Positions 46,830 to 56,610 of a stretch of 64,000 nucleotides of DNA are shown piece after piece; position 1 is the stretch's first letter, and every line of letters starts with the position of its first letter. The translations under genes were made by a program, and so were the position numbers. The stretch is from the IMG/VR virus record IMGVR_UViG_3300023184_000081, positions 16,242 through 80,241 of that record; one strand, written 5' to 3'. This stretch comes from a virus. The notes under the pieces are model-generated. The model worked only from the letters and a program-made list of their open reading frames with translations. It was not told where the DNA came from and did no database searches.

Positions 46830-47180
46830 ATGAGTGATTACAATCCAGACAAATGGGTAGTTGTTAAAATTACTCAAAAAGATGTATCTCCCATTTATAA
46901 GGTATTCGCTTCTTGGTATGGCGGCTATAATGGTTCGGATTCTTGGAGAATGAATAGTGGTATCGCCAAAGTTTCTTTCTATCAGGATCTCTATGAAGAT
47001 GTGTATTCTTTTCATGGCTATTCTGGTTCGGTTTATGAATGCAACGATGGGAATTATGGCTGTAGTGTTTATGGCCATAATATTATTCTAGGTATGTGTG
47101 CAGACGCTGAAATGCTAGGTTTTGAAATCGAAATACTTCCTGAAGAAACTAACTGGCTGGAGATAAATTATGCAAATTGA
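46830..47180 (+). CDS. Conserved phage hypothetical protein
   Basis: YNPDKWVVV...WYGGY.GSDSWRMNSGI...GYSGSVYEC. Confidence 0.78.
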   Translation: MSDYNPDKWVVVKITQKDVSPIYKVFASWYGGYNGSDSWRMNSGIAKVSFYQDLYEDVYSFHGYSGSVYECNDGNYGCSVYGHNIILGMCADAEMLGFEIEILPEETNWLEINYAN

Positions 47181-47376
47181 AATCGATGAAGCAATTATAG
47201 ATCAAATTATGAAAACTGAATTGCGCGAGTCTATTGACTATCTGAAGATGGATATCAAGAAACTGAAAAAAAATAAATCGCGCGAGAAATATGAAGATGA
47301 GGATTTGAAGCACAACGAACAAATTCTTCCACACCTAGAAGCAGTATACAATTATTTTACTGGGGAAACATTATGA
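47170..47376 (+). CDS. Hypothetical protein
   Basis: RBS GGAG, coupled to both neighbours. Confidence 0.65.
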   Translation: MQIEIDEAIIDQIMKTELRESIDYLKMDIKKLKKNKSREKYEDEDLKHNEQILPHLEAVYNYFTGETL

Positions 47377-48206
47377 GATCGAATTATTGGACATGCAGCA
47401 AATTTGCTGACTGGCTCCGTGGAACTCCGAAACCACAGGCAGCCAGTAGCAAAGGGTGGGATGAGTGGAACGAAAAAGCTAAAGCTGATCATCCATTTCG
47501 TTTTTGGTTGGCTGATGATTTTCTTGATATAATGCAGAAAATTATTTGCTCGCCAGTAAATCTTCTTTATGATATCAAATATTATATCAATAATCGTTGG
47601 GTTACTCGCACTCATAGTCTAACTGCTCATCCTAAAGATATCAAGCCAGGAGAGTGGAAAGATATTGGTCATCGCTTTCTTCCCTGCTTGTTCAATGAGC
47701 TTGTCGATTATGTTGAGGTAGAGCTAGCATGGTTTCATATAGTATGGGACTCGAAAGCAGAAAAGAAATTTGGTGCTCCTTGGTATGCTACTGGCTGGTT
47801 TCGTTGGCGCACTTGGCGTAGTCGGGCGGCAGGTCTTGCGAATCTAGAATGGCAATGTAATTTGACTATGCAGGAGGATATGGGTGTCAATCCAGATAAC
47901 CCAGAATACGGTAAACCCACTAGCCAATCGATTTCTGCGAAAGAGATATTAGATCTATATACTTGGTGGACAGAAACTTATCGTAATCGACCAGACGCGA
48001 TGAATGCGAGTGGTTGGAGTGAATATTGCGAAGCAAGTAGAATCGCTAATGGTGGAAAACTTAATTTCTCAGAGGAGAATGCTACTCTTAAAAAGATGTG
48101 TAGGGAGTCTCTCGATACGATGCATAAAATCGAAAAACAATATGACGATGAAGATGAAGAAATGCTGATTCGTCTCATTAAGATTAGAAATTCACTGTGG
48201 ACATAG
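47373..48206 (+). CDS. Conserved Trp-rich phage hypothetical protein
   Basis: YWTCSKFADWLRGT...LFNELVDYVEVE...RLIKIRNSLWT. Confidence 0.8.
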   Translation: MRSNYWTCSKFADWLRGTPKPQAASSKGWDEWNEKAKADHPFRFWLADDFLDIMQKIICSPVNLLYDIKYYINNRWVTRTHSLTAHPKDIKPGEWKDIGHRFLPCLFNELVDYVEVELAWFHIVWDSKAEKKFGAPWYATGWFRWRTWRSRAAGLANLEWQCNLTMQEDMGVNPDNPEYGKPTSQSISAKEILDLYTWWTETYRNRPDAMNASGWSEYCEASRIANGGKLNFSEENATLKKMCRESLDTMHKIEKQYDDEDEEMLIRLIKIRNSLWT

Positions 48207-48308
48207 ATGAAAAAAGATAAATCTATTTGTCATTTTTGCGGTGAGATTCAAAATGATTTGCGGTGTCCTAGAAACATATGTGGTGATTTAACTATACAGG
48301 TGAGATAT

Positions 48309-48563
48309 ATGACAAGAAACGAGATCTATGATTTGGCACGCAGTAATATTATTTCAGTAACGTTCACCAAGAAAGACGGCGAAACACGAACGATGAAATG
48401 CAGTCTCAAAGATGAATATATAGTTAGTGAAGAGAAAAAAGAATCGACTTCGGTTCGTAAACCTAATGACGAAGTTCTTGCTGTTTGGGATCTAGATAAG
48501 AGCGCATGGCGTTCGTTTCGTATTGAATCTGTGAAAGGTGTGGAAATATGGGAACAAAATTAA
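48309..48563 (+). CDS. WYL_2/SH3-like beta-barrel protein
   Basis: VTFTKKDGETRTMKCSL...VWDLDKSAWRSFR. Confidence 0.82.
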   Translation: MTRNEIYDLARSNIISVTFTKKDGETRTMKCSLKDEYIVSEEKKESTSVRKPNDEVLAVWDLDKSAWRSFRIESVKGVEIWEQN

Positions 48564-49555
48564 ATATTACTGGTATTATGGAAGAAGCTGAGAGTATCGA
48601 ACCTGCAGCAGATGGAACGTATACTAATCTAGGATCCGCTGGTGGAACTGAGATGATGATGGCTGGTCTTCGTGAGAGAGTATCATCAGAACTCCTAGAT
48701 CAATTCAATTTCATCTGCTCTCGATATCGTCCAGAAAATCTTAGCAAAGATAAAAAGAATATCCTCTGGCTGCACGACACTTGGGACGACCCCGAGAGTG
48801 AACATCTCTCTAAGAAAGAAAATCGTAAGAAATTTTCTAAACTTGTTTTCGTATCACACTATCAGCAAGCAACTTTCAACATGGGTCGTAATGTAGATTT
48901 TGCAGACGGTATTGTTATGCAGAATGCTATTGTTCCGATTCCAGAATTTGAAAAGACTAAGAAACATATCAATCTAATCTATCATACAACTCCACATCGC
49001 GGTCTGGAACTTCTGATTCCTGTATTCGAAAAGCTGTGTGAAGCGATGCCAGATGTCGATTTGAATCTAGATGTGTATTCTTCGTTCAACATCTACGGTT
49101 GGCCAGCACGTGACGAACCATACAAAGAATTGTTCGCACGTTGCACAAAACATCCGAACATAAATTATCACGGATATCAGCCAAACGATGTAGTTCGTAA
49201 AGCGTTGCAAGCCGCTCATATCTATGCATATCCGAATATCTGGCCGGAAACATCTTGCATTTCAGTGATTGAGGCGATGTCTGCCGGATGTTCTGTAGTT
49301 TGCCCAAATTTCGGAGCATTACCAGAAACCTGTGCAAATTTCGCAACAATGTATCCATTCATCGAAAACAATAATGCGCACGCAAATATGTTTGCCAGAG
49401 TTCTGATGATGGCTATCAGAAATCACTGGGATGAGAATAATCAGAATAAACTCAAATTTCAAAAACTGTATTTTGATAATTTCTATAATTGGGATGTGCG
49501 AGCATCGCAATGGGAATCACTTTTGAAGGGTATTTTGAGCCAAAATAAACCTTGA
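48548..49555 (+). CDS. GT-B (GT4-like) glycosyltransferase
   Basis: GGTE, TTPHRGL, YPNIWPETSCISVIEAMSAGC (ExxxxxxxE). Confidence 0.9.
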   Translation: MGTKLNITGIMEEAESIEPAADGTYTNLGSAGGTEMMMAGLRERVSSELLDQFNFICSRYRPENLSKDKKNILWLHDTWDDPESEHLSKKENRKKFSKLVFVSHYQQATFNMGRNVDFADGIVMQNAIVPIPEFEKTKKHINLIYHTTPHRGLELLIPVFEKLCEAMPDVDLNLDVYSSFNIYGWPARDEPYKELFARCTKHPNINYHGYQPNDVVRKALQAAHIYAYPNIWPETSCISVIEAMSAGCSVVCPNFGALPETCANFATMYPFIENNNAHANMFARVLMMAIRNHWDENNQNKLKFQKLYFDNFYNWDVRASQWESLLKGILSQNKP

Positions 49556-49597
49556 CAATTCTTTCGAATGAGCGTATAATAGTAATACAATATACAT

Positions 49598-50761
49598 ATG
49601 GATAAAGAATTGAAAACTGCTCAAATACGCGCTGCAACGACTACTATCAAGAGAATTATTCCTAATGGTGTGGAAGGTCAGTTGTATGGAACAGAAAAGA
49701 TTTGGGATTCTGAATCGAATCTTAAAGATGATCGAAATATACAACGGATTCACTGCTTCAATTTCTATAACAGTCAGTGTTCAGAAAAAGATGCTCGTGC
49801 ATATGTTGAAACATATATCAAGAATCTTAAGAAACAGCCTAAACAAATCGAAATGATTAATCATGTCAACGACCAAGAATTTTATGGTCCGTTGGCATGG
49901 CTGTGCCGTATGAATTCTGCTGGCTATGTTTTGAGTTCTGAAGAATTGCAGTATATCGAAGATAAATTCAAGAAGTTAATAATCTCTGGTAAGGAAAAAA
50001 ATGAAACACGTCGTGACGTTCAAAAGGTTGCGCCGATTGATATTCAAAAGAGAACTACAGAAGCGATTCATAAGACTGTAGCAGAAATTGATAATAAGGT
50101 CGACGAATTCATTCAATCTAAATTCAAGGATGCGTTTGATTCTTATGCTTTTCTGAAAGATAATTCAGTAAAACCGCTATATGCAAAACGCATCGCTGAG
50201 ATCTATCTGAGAGAGATTAAAGAGATCAAAGAAGTTATTCGTGGAGAAGATGAGCAGCTGAACGAAGCGTATTCCATTTACAAACCTAAAGAAATTAAGA
50301 AGCTGTATTCTTTCTATCAAAAGATTATTGATGATTCTAAATTGTGGGAAGATCATCTGAAGAAAAGCAAATCACCGCGTAAGAAGAAAGTCAAGAGTGC
50401 AGATCAGCTGATTCAACGATTGAAGTATATGAAAGGTGATGCAGAGTTCAAACTCACCAGCATTGAGCCTACGAAACTCATCGGTGCTTGTGAGGCATGG
50501 ATCTTCAATGCAAAGACTCGTCGCATAGATCATTATTTCTCAAATGATGTTGATGGTATCTCTATCAAAGGTTCAACATTGCAGAACATCAATGAGAAAA
50601 CTTCCATAGCGAAGAAGATTAGAAAGCCGTTAGAAATTTCCAAGAATATTGTTATGGCAACTTCTCGTGGTGCCACAAAATATTTCGATGCAATCAAGAC
50701 GAAGCCTATTCAAAGCACTGGACGTCTGAATGCGTTTTCAATAATTCTTCGGGTCGGATAG
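49598..50761 (+). CDS. Conserved T4-like hypothetical protein upstream of rnh
   Basis: LTSIEPTKLIGA..AWIFNAKTR...IKGSTL...GRLN; has its own sigma70 promoter at ~49552. Confidence 0.8.
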   Translation: MDKELKTAQIRAATTTIKRIIPNGVEGQLYGTEKIWDSESNLKDDRNIQRIHCFNFYNSQCSEKDARAYVETYIKNLKKQPKQIEMINHVNDQEFYGPLAWLCRMNSAGYVLSSEELQYIEDKFKKLIISGKEKNETRRDVQKVAPIDIQKRTTEAIHKTVAEIDNKVDEFIQSKFKDAFDSYAFLKDNSVKPLYAKRIAEIYLREIKEIKEVIRGEDEQLNEAYSIYKPKEIKKLYSFYQKIIDDSKLWEDHLKKSKSPRKKKVKSADQLIQRLKYMKGDAEFKLTSIEPTKLIGACEAWIFNAKTRRIDHYFSNDVDGISIKGSTLQNINEKTSIAKKIRKPLEISKNIVMATSRGATKYFDAIKTKPIQSTGRLNAFSIILRVG

Positions 50762-50767
50762 ACTAAT

Positions 50768-51631
50768 ATGATACTTGTCGATTTGAATCAGACGATGATT
50801 TCCAATCTGATGATGCATCTTTCATATACGAAAGATGACGTTGTGGAAGAAGAAATGCTTCGCCATATGATTCTTAACTCTCTACGATCCTATCGTTCAA
50901 AATTCTATCAGGAATATGGAGAACTAGTCATATGCTGTGATGCTCAGAATTATTGGCGCAGGAGTATATTCCCACATTACAAAGCAAATCGAAAGAAGTC
51001 GCGAGATTCTTCAGGTCTTGACTGGAATACACTATTCGAATCTCTCAATAAAATTCGTGACGAGATCCGTGATTATCTTCCATACAAAGTCCTACGTATC
51101 GATCGATGTGAAGCTGATGATATCATCGCTGCAATCTGTCATGAGCATGGTAAATTCTTAGGTGGAAATGCTGATAAGATTTTGATTCTTTCTGGTGATA
51201 AGGACTTCGCACAGCTTCAGAAATATTCGAATGTCTATCAGTATGCGCCAGTTCAAAAGAAGATGATCGCGATCAATAATCCTGAGAGCTTTCGTAAAGA
51301 ACATATCATGCTCGGAGATAGATCAGATGGAGTGCCGAATTTCATCTCGGATGATGATACATTTGTAGCAGATAAGCGACAGAAACCTATTCGCCGTGAT
51401 AAAATTGCAGACTGGTCTCGTATGGAACCTGAGCAATTTTGTTCTGGAGAAATGCTTCGTGGATACAAACGAAATCAGATGCTGATTGATCTAGATATGA
51501 TTCCTCAGGATTTACAAAAACAATGTATATCAGAATTCGAATCTGCGAAATGTAATGATCGTTCAAAAATATTTAATTATTTCATACAAAATCGTCTTGG
51601 AAGTCTTACAGAATCAATTTCGGATTTTTGA
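50768..51631 (+). CDS. rnh: T4-type RNase H (5'-3' exonuclease)
   Basis: MILVDLNQ, YKANRKK, EADDII, SGDKDFAQLQ, GDRSDGVPN. Confidence 0.95.
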   Translation: MILVDLNQTMISNLMMHLSYTKDDVVEEEMLRHMILNSLRSYRSKFYQEYGELVICCDAQNYWRRSIFPHYKANRKKSRDSSGLDWNTLFESLNKIRDEIRDYLPYKVLRIDRCEADDIIAAICHEHGKFLGGNADKILILSGDKDFAQLQKYSNVYQYAPVQKKMIAINNPESFRKEHIMLGDRSDGVPNFISDDDTFVADKRQKPIRRDKIADWSRMEPEQFCSGEMLRGYKRNQMLIDLDMIPQDLQKQCISEFESAKCNDRSKIFNYFIQNRLGSLTESISDF

Positions 51632-51644
51632 GATATAAATAAAT

Positions 51645-51719
51645 CGCGGGGTGGGAAAGGAGTATTCCGCTTGGCTCATAACCAAGAGATCGTTGGTGCG
51701 AATCCAACCCCCGCAACCA
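51645..51719 (+). tRNA. tRNA-fMet(CAT) under a late promoter
   Basis: C1:A72 mismatch, loop CT-CAT-AA, CCA; TATAAATA at 51634-51641. Confidence 0.85.
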
Positions 51720-51741
51720 ATTACTATAACATGGAGCATAT

Positions 51742-52161
51742 ATGATAAAAAGTCTTGCTGAAATGATTGATGAAATCGAGAAACAAAAAAATGCCGCATC
51801 TCAAACAAAACTTCTTAAGAAGTATGCCTCAGCTGCAATGAAAGCTGTTGTTGGCTATGCGATGGATCCTGGTGTTAAGTTCCTTCTTCCACCGTCCGAT
51901 CCGCCGTTTCGTCCAATGCCAGATGGATCAGATGCGCAAGGTCGTCTTATTGCAGATCACAGGAAATTTATTTACTTTGTAGATTCTCCAGATGGCAGAG
52001 GCATTAGCGCACTTAAACGCGAACAGATGTTCATTCAGATGTTAGAAACTCTAGATGTTCGTGATGCACAACTGTTGCTTCGGATTAAAAATAAAAAACT
52101 CACGATTAGAATGGACGCGGTAAAAGCTGCATTCCCGTCTCTAACTGCAAAGTGGAAATGA
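51742..52161 (+). CDS. Conserved T4-like hypothetical protein (DUF6433-like)
   Basis: FLLPPSDPPF...KREQMFIQMLETL...DAQLL. Confidence 0.8.
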   Translation: MIKSLAEMIDEIEKQKNAASQTKLLKKYASAAMKAVVGYAMDPGVKFLLPPSDPPFRPMPDGSDAQGRLIADHRKFIYFVDSPDGRGISALKREQMFIQMLETLDVRDAQLLLRIKNKKLTIRMDAVKAAFPSLTAKWK

Positions 52162-52757
52162 GCAATAATCCGGCTTTTATCATTGGTAATGGTGAAAGCC
52201 GTAGGAATTTTGATCTAAATGATATAAAGGGTGTTGCTCCTATTTACGGATGTAATGCTCTTTATAGAGATTTCTCTCCAGACTGGCTAGTAGCAGTCGA
52301 TGAGGGAGTCATTGATGAAATAAATTCTTCCAATTTTCCTAAAGAATCTACACTATTCCCTAGATCAAAAGCTGAAGAATACGAACCAGCAGATATGCAT
52401 CCAGGCAGAAACAGATATCCTAGAAACAATTCTGGTATGTATGCCATGCAGCGAGCAATAGAAAAAGATCATAATGTTTTACTGTGCCTAGGATTTGATT
52501 TTCTGATCAATGACAGCTATCTTTCTTGCACAAATTTGTTTGCTGGGACTAAAAATTACGGCGCAGAAACTCATGCGAATTTTGAAGATAATGCTGGACG
52601 GATTCATTATCTTGAATGGTTTGCAAGAAAGAATAAAGATGTTGTTTTTATTTTCGTTCTTGAAGATCTATTCCCAAAAGTTCCAATTGGCGCAAAAAAT
52701 ATTTTCACAATACCATACAGAACTTTAAAATTGAACATACATAGAGACAGTCAATAG
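52158..52757 (+). CDS. DUF115/MptE-like (sialyltransferase-like Rossmann) protein
   Basis: FIIGNGESR, YGCNALYR, AVD, NSG, CLGFDF. Confidence 0.7.
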   Translation: MSNNPAFIIGNGESRRNFDLNDIKGVAPIYGCNALYRDFSPDWLVAVDEGVIDEINSSNFPKESTLFPRSKAEEYEPADMHPGRNRYPRNNSGMYAMQRAIEKDHNVLLCLGFDFLINDSYLSCTNLFAGTKNYGAETHANFEDNAGRIHYLEWFARKNKDVVFIFVLEDLFPKVPIGAKNIFTIPYRTLKLNIHRDSQ

Positions 52758-52772
52758 CATTGGAATTATATT

Positions 52773-54134
52773 ATGACGAAGCAGATAGTATTAAGTGAAC
52801 AGATTGACTGTGAGCATTTGTTAGGTAAATTTCTAGATCATGACGCATACAATTATATTGTTAATGAAGATTGTGACGTGTATAAGCCATTGGGTCCTGG
52901 CGAAAGTCCTCACGAAAATAATTGTCTTTTGAAGTTTCGTAAGAACGTATTTCCTAAGAGCATTACAGACCCTGCATATATTGGATTGCGGGAGGGTGCT
53001 AGTCAATCTGATAACCGTGGTCTTGCTGCTGGAACTCATCGCGATGAATTTCAGATAATGCCAACCGAAACTGGACATGGTAAACGTCGATGGGTAACCA
53101 AACTAGAAAAAGCTATCATCAATTATTTTTTGGCTGGGTCACCAGTATCTGCGTCAGGTGGAGATCAGGTACCTGATATTTTGCGTGAGACATCTAATGA
53201 TCCATTAGAAGGACGAGGAGCCACTGGAGGCGGCAATATTAAAGGTGGATCTATTTGGATTGTAAAGAAAACCACAGAGTTTGATTTTACAGAATGGATG
53301 AATTCCACAAAAGAATTGTCTAGAGAAGATAGAAAGAAGTCTGCTATTGAAGTTCGCAAGTTGATATCAGATACATCTTATGGTAATTCTGTCTACTCTG
53401 GAACGGCTGGATATTTTGATCGTTATCCGCGTATTCCTTTTTGCAGAGAAACTGCTTGGAGTGCCGCAAATGCAGATCTATTCCAAAAAGGATATCCTCT
53501 ATTCGAAGCAGCATCTGATGTATTCAAAGACAATTTTCCGATCAGATGGAATGGACAGAATGACTCTGTTAAGAAACTGAAAGATCCTGGCTGGCGTATT
53601 GGTAATTCAGTTTACACGACCATAACGATCAATAAAGATTTCAGAACAGCTTGTCATAGAGATGCTGGAGATCTATGCGAAACAGAACGAATTAATCTTC
53701 CCGCAGGATTTAGTAATCTCACAGTATTGAGCGATGGAAAGAACTTTGATGGTATGTATCTATGCATGCCAGAGTATAAAGTTTGCGTAGATGTGAAACC
53801 GGGCGATCTATTGCTTATGGATGCTCATCAGATTCATGGCAACGTTCCTCTGATCTCATCAGATGAAGGATTTGAAAGAATTTCTGTTGTTATGTATTTC
53901 AGATCATCTATGTTAGATTGTTCTTCTGTTGAACAAGAAAATCTTCGTAGAAAATTTGTTTATGCAAGAAAAGATAATAACAGTCATGATCAATGGCACG
54001 AAGGTTGGAATGGAGTGTCAGCTGGAATGTGGGAAACTAAAGAATGGTCCGACTATCTAAGCAATAATGGATTTCCAGAAGAAGCGTCTAAAGTATCTAA
54101 GAGTGAAAATATAAGCGTTTTGGACTTCCTATGA
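52773..54134 (+). CDS. TET/JBP-family 2OG-Fe(II) dioxygenase
   Basis: GYFDRYPRIPFCR, YTTITIN.DFRTACHRDAGD (HxD), HQIHGN, ERISVVMYFR. Confidence 0.88.
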   Translation: MTKQIVLSEQIDCEHLLGKFLDHDAYNYIVNEDCDVYKPLGPGESPHENNCLLKFRKNVFPKSITDPAYIGLREGASQSDNRGLAAGTHRDEFQIMPTETGHGKRRWVTKLEKAIINYFLAGSPVSASGGDQVPDILRETSNDPLEGRGATGGGNIKGGSIWIVKKTTEFDFTEWMNSTKELSREDRKKSAIEVRKLISDTSYGNSVYSGTAGYFDRYPRIPFCRETAWSAANADLFQKGYPLFEAASDVFKDNFPIRWNGQNDSVKKLKDPGWRIGNSVYTTITINKDFRTACHRDAGDLCETERINLPAGFSNLTVLSDGKNFDGMYLCMPEYKVCVDVKPGDLLLMDAHQIHGNVPLISSDEGFERISVVMYFRSSMLDCSSVEQENLRRKFVYARKDNNSHDQWHEGWNGVSAGMWETKEWSDYLSNNGFPEEASKVSKSENISVLDFL

Positions 54135-54916
54135 AAATCTATGCTACAGCTACCATATGTGGAAAATGGAAGCTTCCATTCTATATTCCATTGGTTGATG
54201 AAGATAAGACATCAAAGCATGAACGATCATACATGCATTATGTTTCTCAGCATTCCGATCTTGTAGCTGCAAAATGTAATGCTACAGAATGGCTGCTTGG
54301 TGGGATTCTACCTATAGATTGCAAGCTAGTTGTTAGAGAATATTTTGGTGGTGCTGGAATAATGTCCACCATAATTCGAGGCATGTTTGAAGTGAACTCA
54401 CATTATATTGGAGAGCGTGATAAACAGTGCGTGATTCAATTAGAGAAAGCATTTCCACAAGCTATTTGTGAAGAAGCTGATGCTTTAGAATCCATGACTA
54501 GAAGTGAATATGCAGATATAGATATGTTGGATTTTCCATCGTCTAGTATTATTCACACAAAGCGCGCAGGTCAAAAATGGACAAATGGATTTGAAAAAGT
54601 CCTATCACGAAAACCAAATGCGATTATATGGACTGATACATCTGTAACATATCCTATATCAATTCATGGTTCTAGATACGAAACAGAAATTGGTGGACCG
54701 ATTACAACTCAGAGTGAATATCTGATGCGCTATTCGGAGTGGCTCTACAATACACATGGATATTCTATTTGCAGAGCAGCATATCGCGCGCGCAATGCGG
54801 TCTATCTTCTAGCTCAGCCAGGAGCATTTTACTTAGAAGAAAAACATTTTCCTATCATTGGAAATGAGAATGGATTTGTTATGGATAATGTTAAATCTAT
54901 ATTGGATTTTGTATGA
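54131..54916 (+). CDS. Unassigned class I SAM-binding (Rossmann) protein
   Basis: VVREYFGGAG (motif I), IGERD (II), EADA (III), DIDMLDFP (IV). Confidence 0.65.
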   Translation: MKIYATATICGKWKLPFYIPLVDEDKTSKHERSYMHYVSQHSDLVAAKCNATEWLLGGILPIDCKLVVREYFGGAGIMSTIIRGMFEVNSHYIGERDKQCVIQLEKAFPQAICEEADALESMTRSEYADIDMLDFPSSSIIHTKRAGQKWTNGFEKVLSRKPNAIIWTDTSVTYPISIHGSRYETEIGGPITTQSEYLMRYSEWLYNTHGYSICRAAYRARNAVYLLAQPGAFYLEEKHFPIIGNENGFVMDNVKSILDFV

Positions 54917-56064
54917 TCAATGTAGACTCAACGCATCCAATAGGAAATTGGTGTAATCTAAATAAAGTGGCTGAGGTTACAGATCTAAAGAAGGGAATGG
55001 ACTTTAGACTACCAAAATATCGTAGAGAAGTCTTCATGCGATTCTATGAGTTTCATCTACAGAATAGAAGTCATCCTGGTGGCGTATACTTTATGTTTCC
55101 ATGGCTGCAGAAGAAATATAATCTGGATAATGAACAGATGTTGTGGATGACATTCATCAATGGTATGAGTCAGCATATAGTTACAACATGGATGCTTTTT
55201 GAAAAGTTTCCAACATTCAGATCTGATCCAGATCTTATGCAGAAATATATCAGAGACAACTGGGCTCAGCTTGGTTGGGATATGGATAGACGTTATGTTA
55301 AGAATAAATTCGGAAAAGCTCTAGAATGCTATCAGAAGTTGATAGGTAAAAAAACTCAAATCGAATATTGGAATGGTCTGTGCAACACAACTGATGAGAA
55401 ACAGAACTTCAGAAATTGCTGGACAACTGTAATGACTGAATTTCATTACTTCGGTAGATTGTCATCATTCAGTTATCTAGAATATCAGAGGATCGTTGGA
55501 CTGAATATAGATTGTGATCGTCTGTTTCTAGAAGATATGAGTGGAAGTAAATCGCATAGAAATGGTCTAGCTGTAGTTCTTGGTCGTGATGATTTAGACT
55601 GGCATGATAAACTCAATCCGGATTTTCAGGGATATACACCAGATCATATATCTTGGCTGCAGTCACAAGGAGAAGCCCTTCTGATAGAAGCACAAGAAAG
55701 ATTCAAAGATAAAGAATACCTCAAGGATGTTTCCTATTTTACATTAGAGTCTACGCTTTGTTGCTACAAGAGCTGGCATAGAAAGAATAGACGATATGCT
55801 AATGTGTATATGGATATGTTCCATGATCGTATCAAAAAAGCTGAGGCTGCATCACAAGGCAATTATGATTTTTCATTATTTTGGGATGCACGAAAAGAGA
55901 ATCTTCCTGAGCATCTATTATTAGAATGTGTAGAATCTGATCCAGGATTATGTCCAGAAAAACAAAATCATTATCGCGATACTGGACAGGTCATTATGAT
56001 GGATAAGATGTGGTCGTGTTTTGAAAATAACTTTAATAAATCTGGTCTGAGGGAGTTTCTGTGA
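54913..56064 (+). CDS. Amino acid:DNA transferase (alpha-glutamyl/putrescinyl thymine pyrophosphorylase, clade 2-like)
   Basis: DMDRRYVK, YFGRLSSFSYLEY, GSKSHRNGL, LESTLCCYK. Confidence 0.83.
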   Translation: MINVDSTHPIGNWCNLNKVAEVTDLKKGMDFRLPKYRREVFMRFYEFHLQNRSHPGGVYFMFPWLQKKYNLDNEQMLWMTFINGMSQHIVTTWMLFEKFPTFRSDPDLMQKYIRDNWAQLGWDMDRRYVKNKFGKALECYQKLIGKKTQIEYWNGLCNTTDEKQNFRNCWTTVMTEFHYFGRLSSFSYLEYQRIVGLNIDCDRLFLEDMSGSKSHRNGLAVVLGRDDLDWHDKLNPDFQGYTPDHISWLQSQGEALLIEAQERFKDKEYLKDVSYFTLESTLCCYKSWHRKNRRYANVYMDMFHDRIKKAEAASQGNYDFSLFWDARKENLPEHLLLECVESDPGLCPEKQNHYRDTGQVIMMDKMWSCFENNFNKSGLREFL

Positions 56065-56606
56065 AAAAAATTATTGCTCTTGGTGGCGAACCTGCAACTG
56101 GTAAGACAACATTGATGTGGAGAATTATTGATAGCGCAACAGATTGGCAGAAGATTGAACCAAAGAAAACTCTTTCAGCAATTCGTTCAGAATCTCTCGA
56201 TCTAACCATACTGGGTAAGTATGATCGAGGCCTCGAATTCGCAGGAACAGATCGTCTATCAATGAGTGTTCAACCTGCAGCTACAGAGTTCATCAAAGAA
56301 GCCACAGGAAATATTCTATTTGAGGGAGATAGGTTATTCAATAGAAAATTCATCGACGCTATCATATCGTGCAATTGTCTATTCTCTCTAATCTATATTG
56401 AAGCGAGTCGCAATGAGCTTCAAAATCGACATATCGATCGAAAAGACACACAGACAGAAACGTTCCTTAAGAGTAGGCAAACTAAGTATAGCAATATCGT
56501 AAGGAGTTTAGATCTTATGGATATCATTCATACATTCAAGAATGATAATATGGATCAGCAGACAATTATTTACGATTTTATAAGAGCAAATATATTTAAT
56601 AAATAG
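56061..56606 (+). CDS. P-loop nucleotide kinase (putative 5-hmdU DNA kinase)
   Basis: GGEPATGKTT, LGKY...FAGTDRLSMSVQP, LFEGDRL. Confidence 0.85.
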   Translation: MKKIIALGGEPATGKTTLMWRIIDSATDWQKIEPKKTLSAIRSESLDLTILGKYDRGLEFAGTDRLSMSVQPAATEFIKEATGNILFEGDRLFNRKFIDAIISCNCLFSLIYIEASRNELQNRHIDRKDTQTETFLKSRQTKYSNIVRSLDLMDIIHTFKNDNMDQQTIIYDFIRANIFNK

Positions 56607-56610
56607 CATT

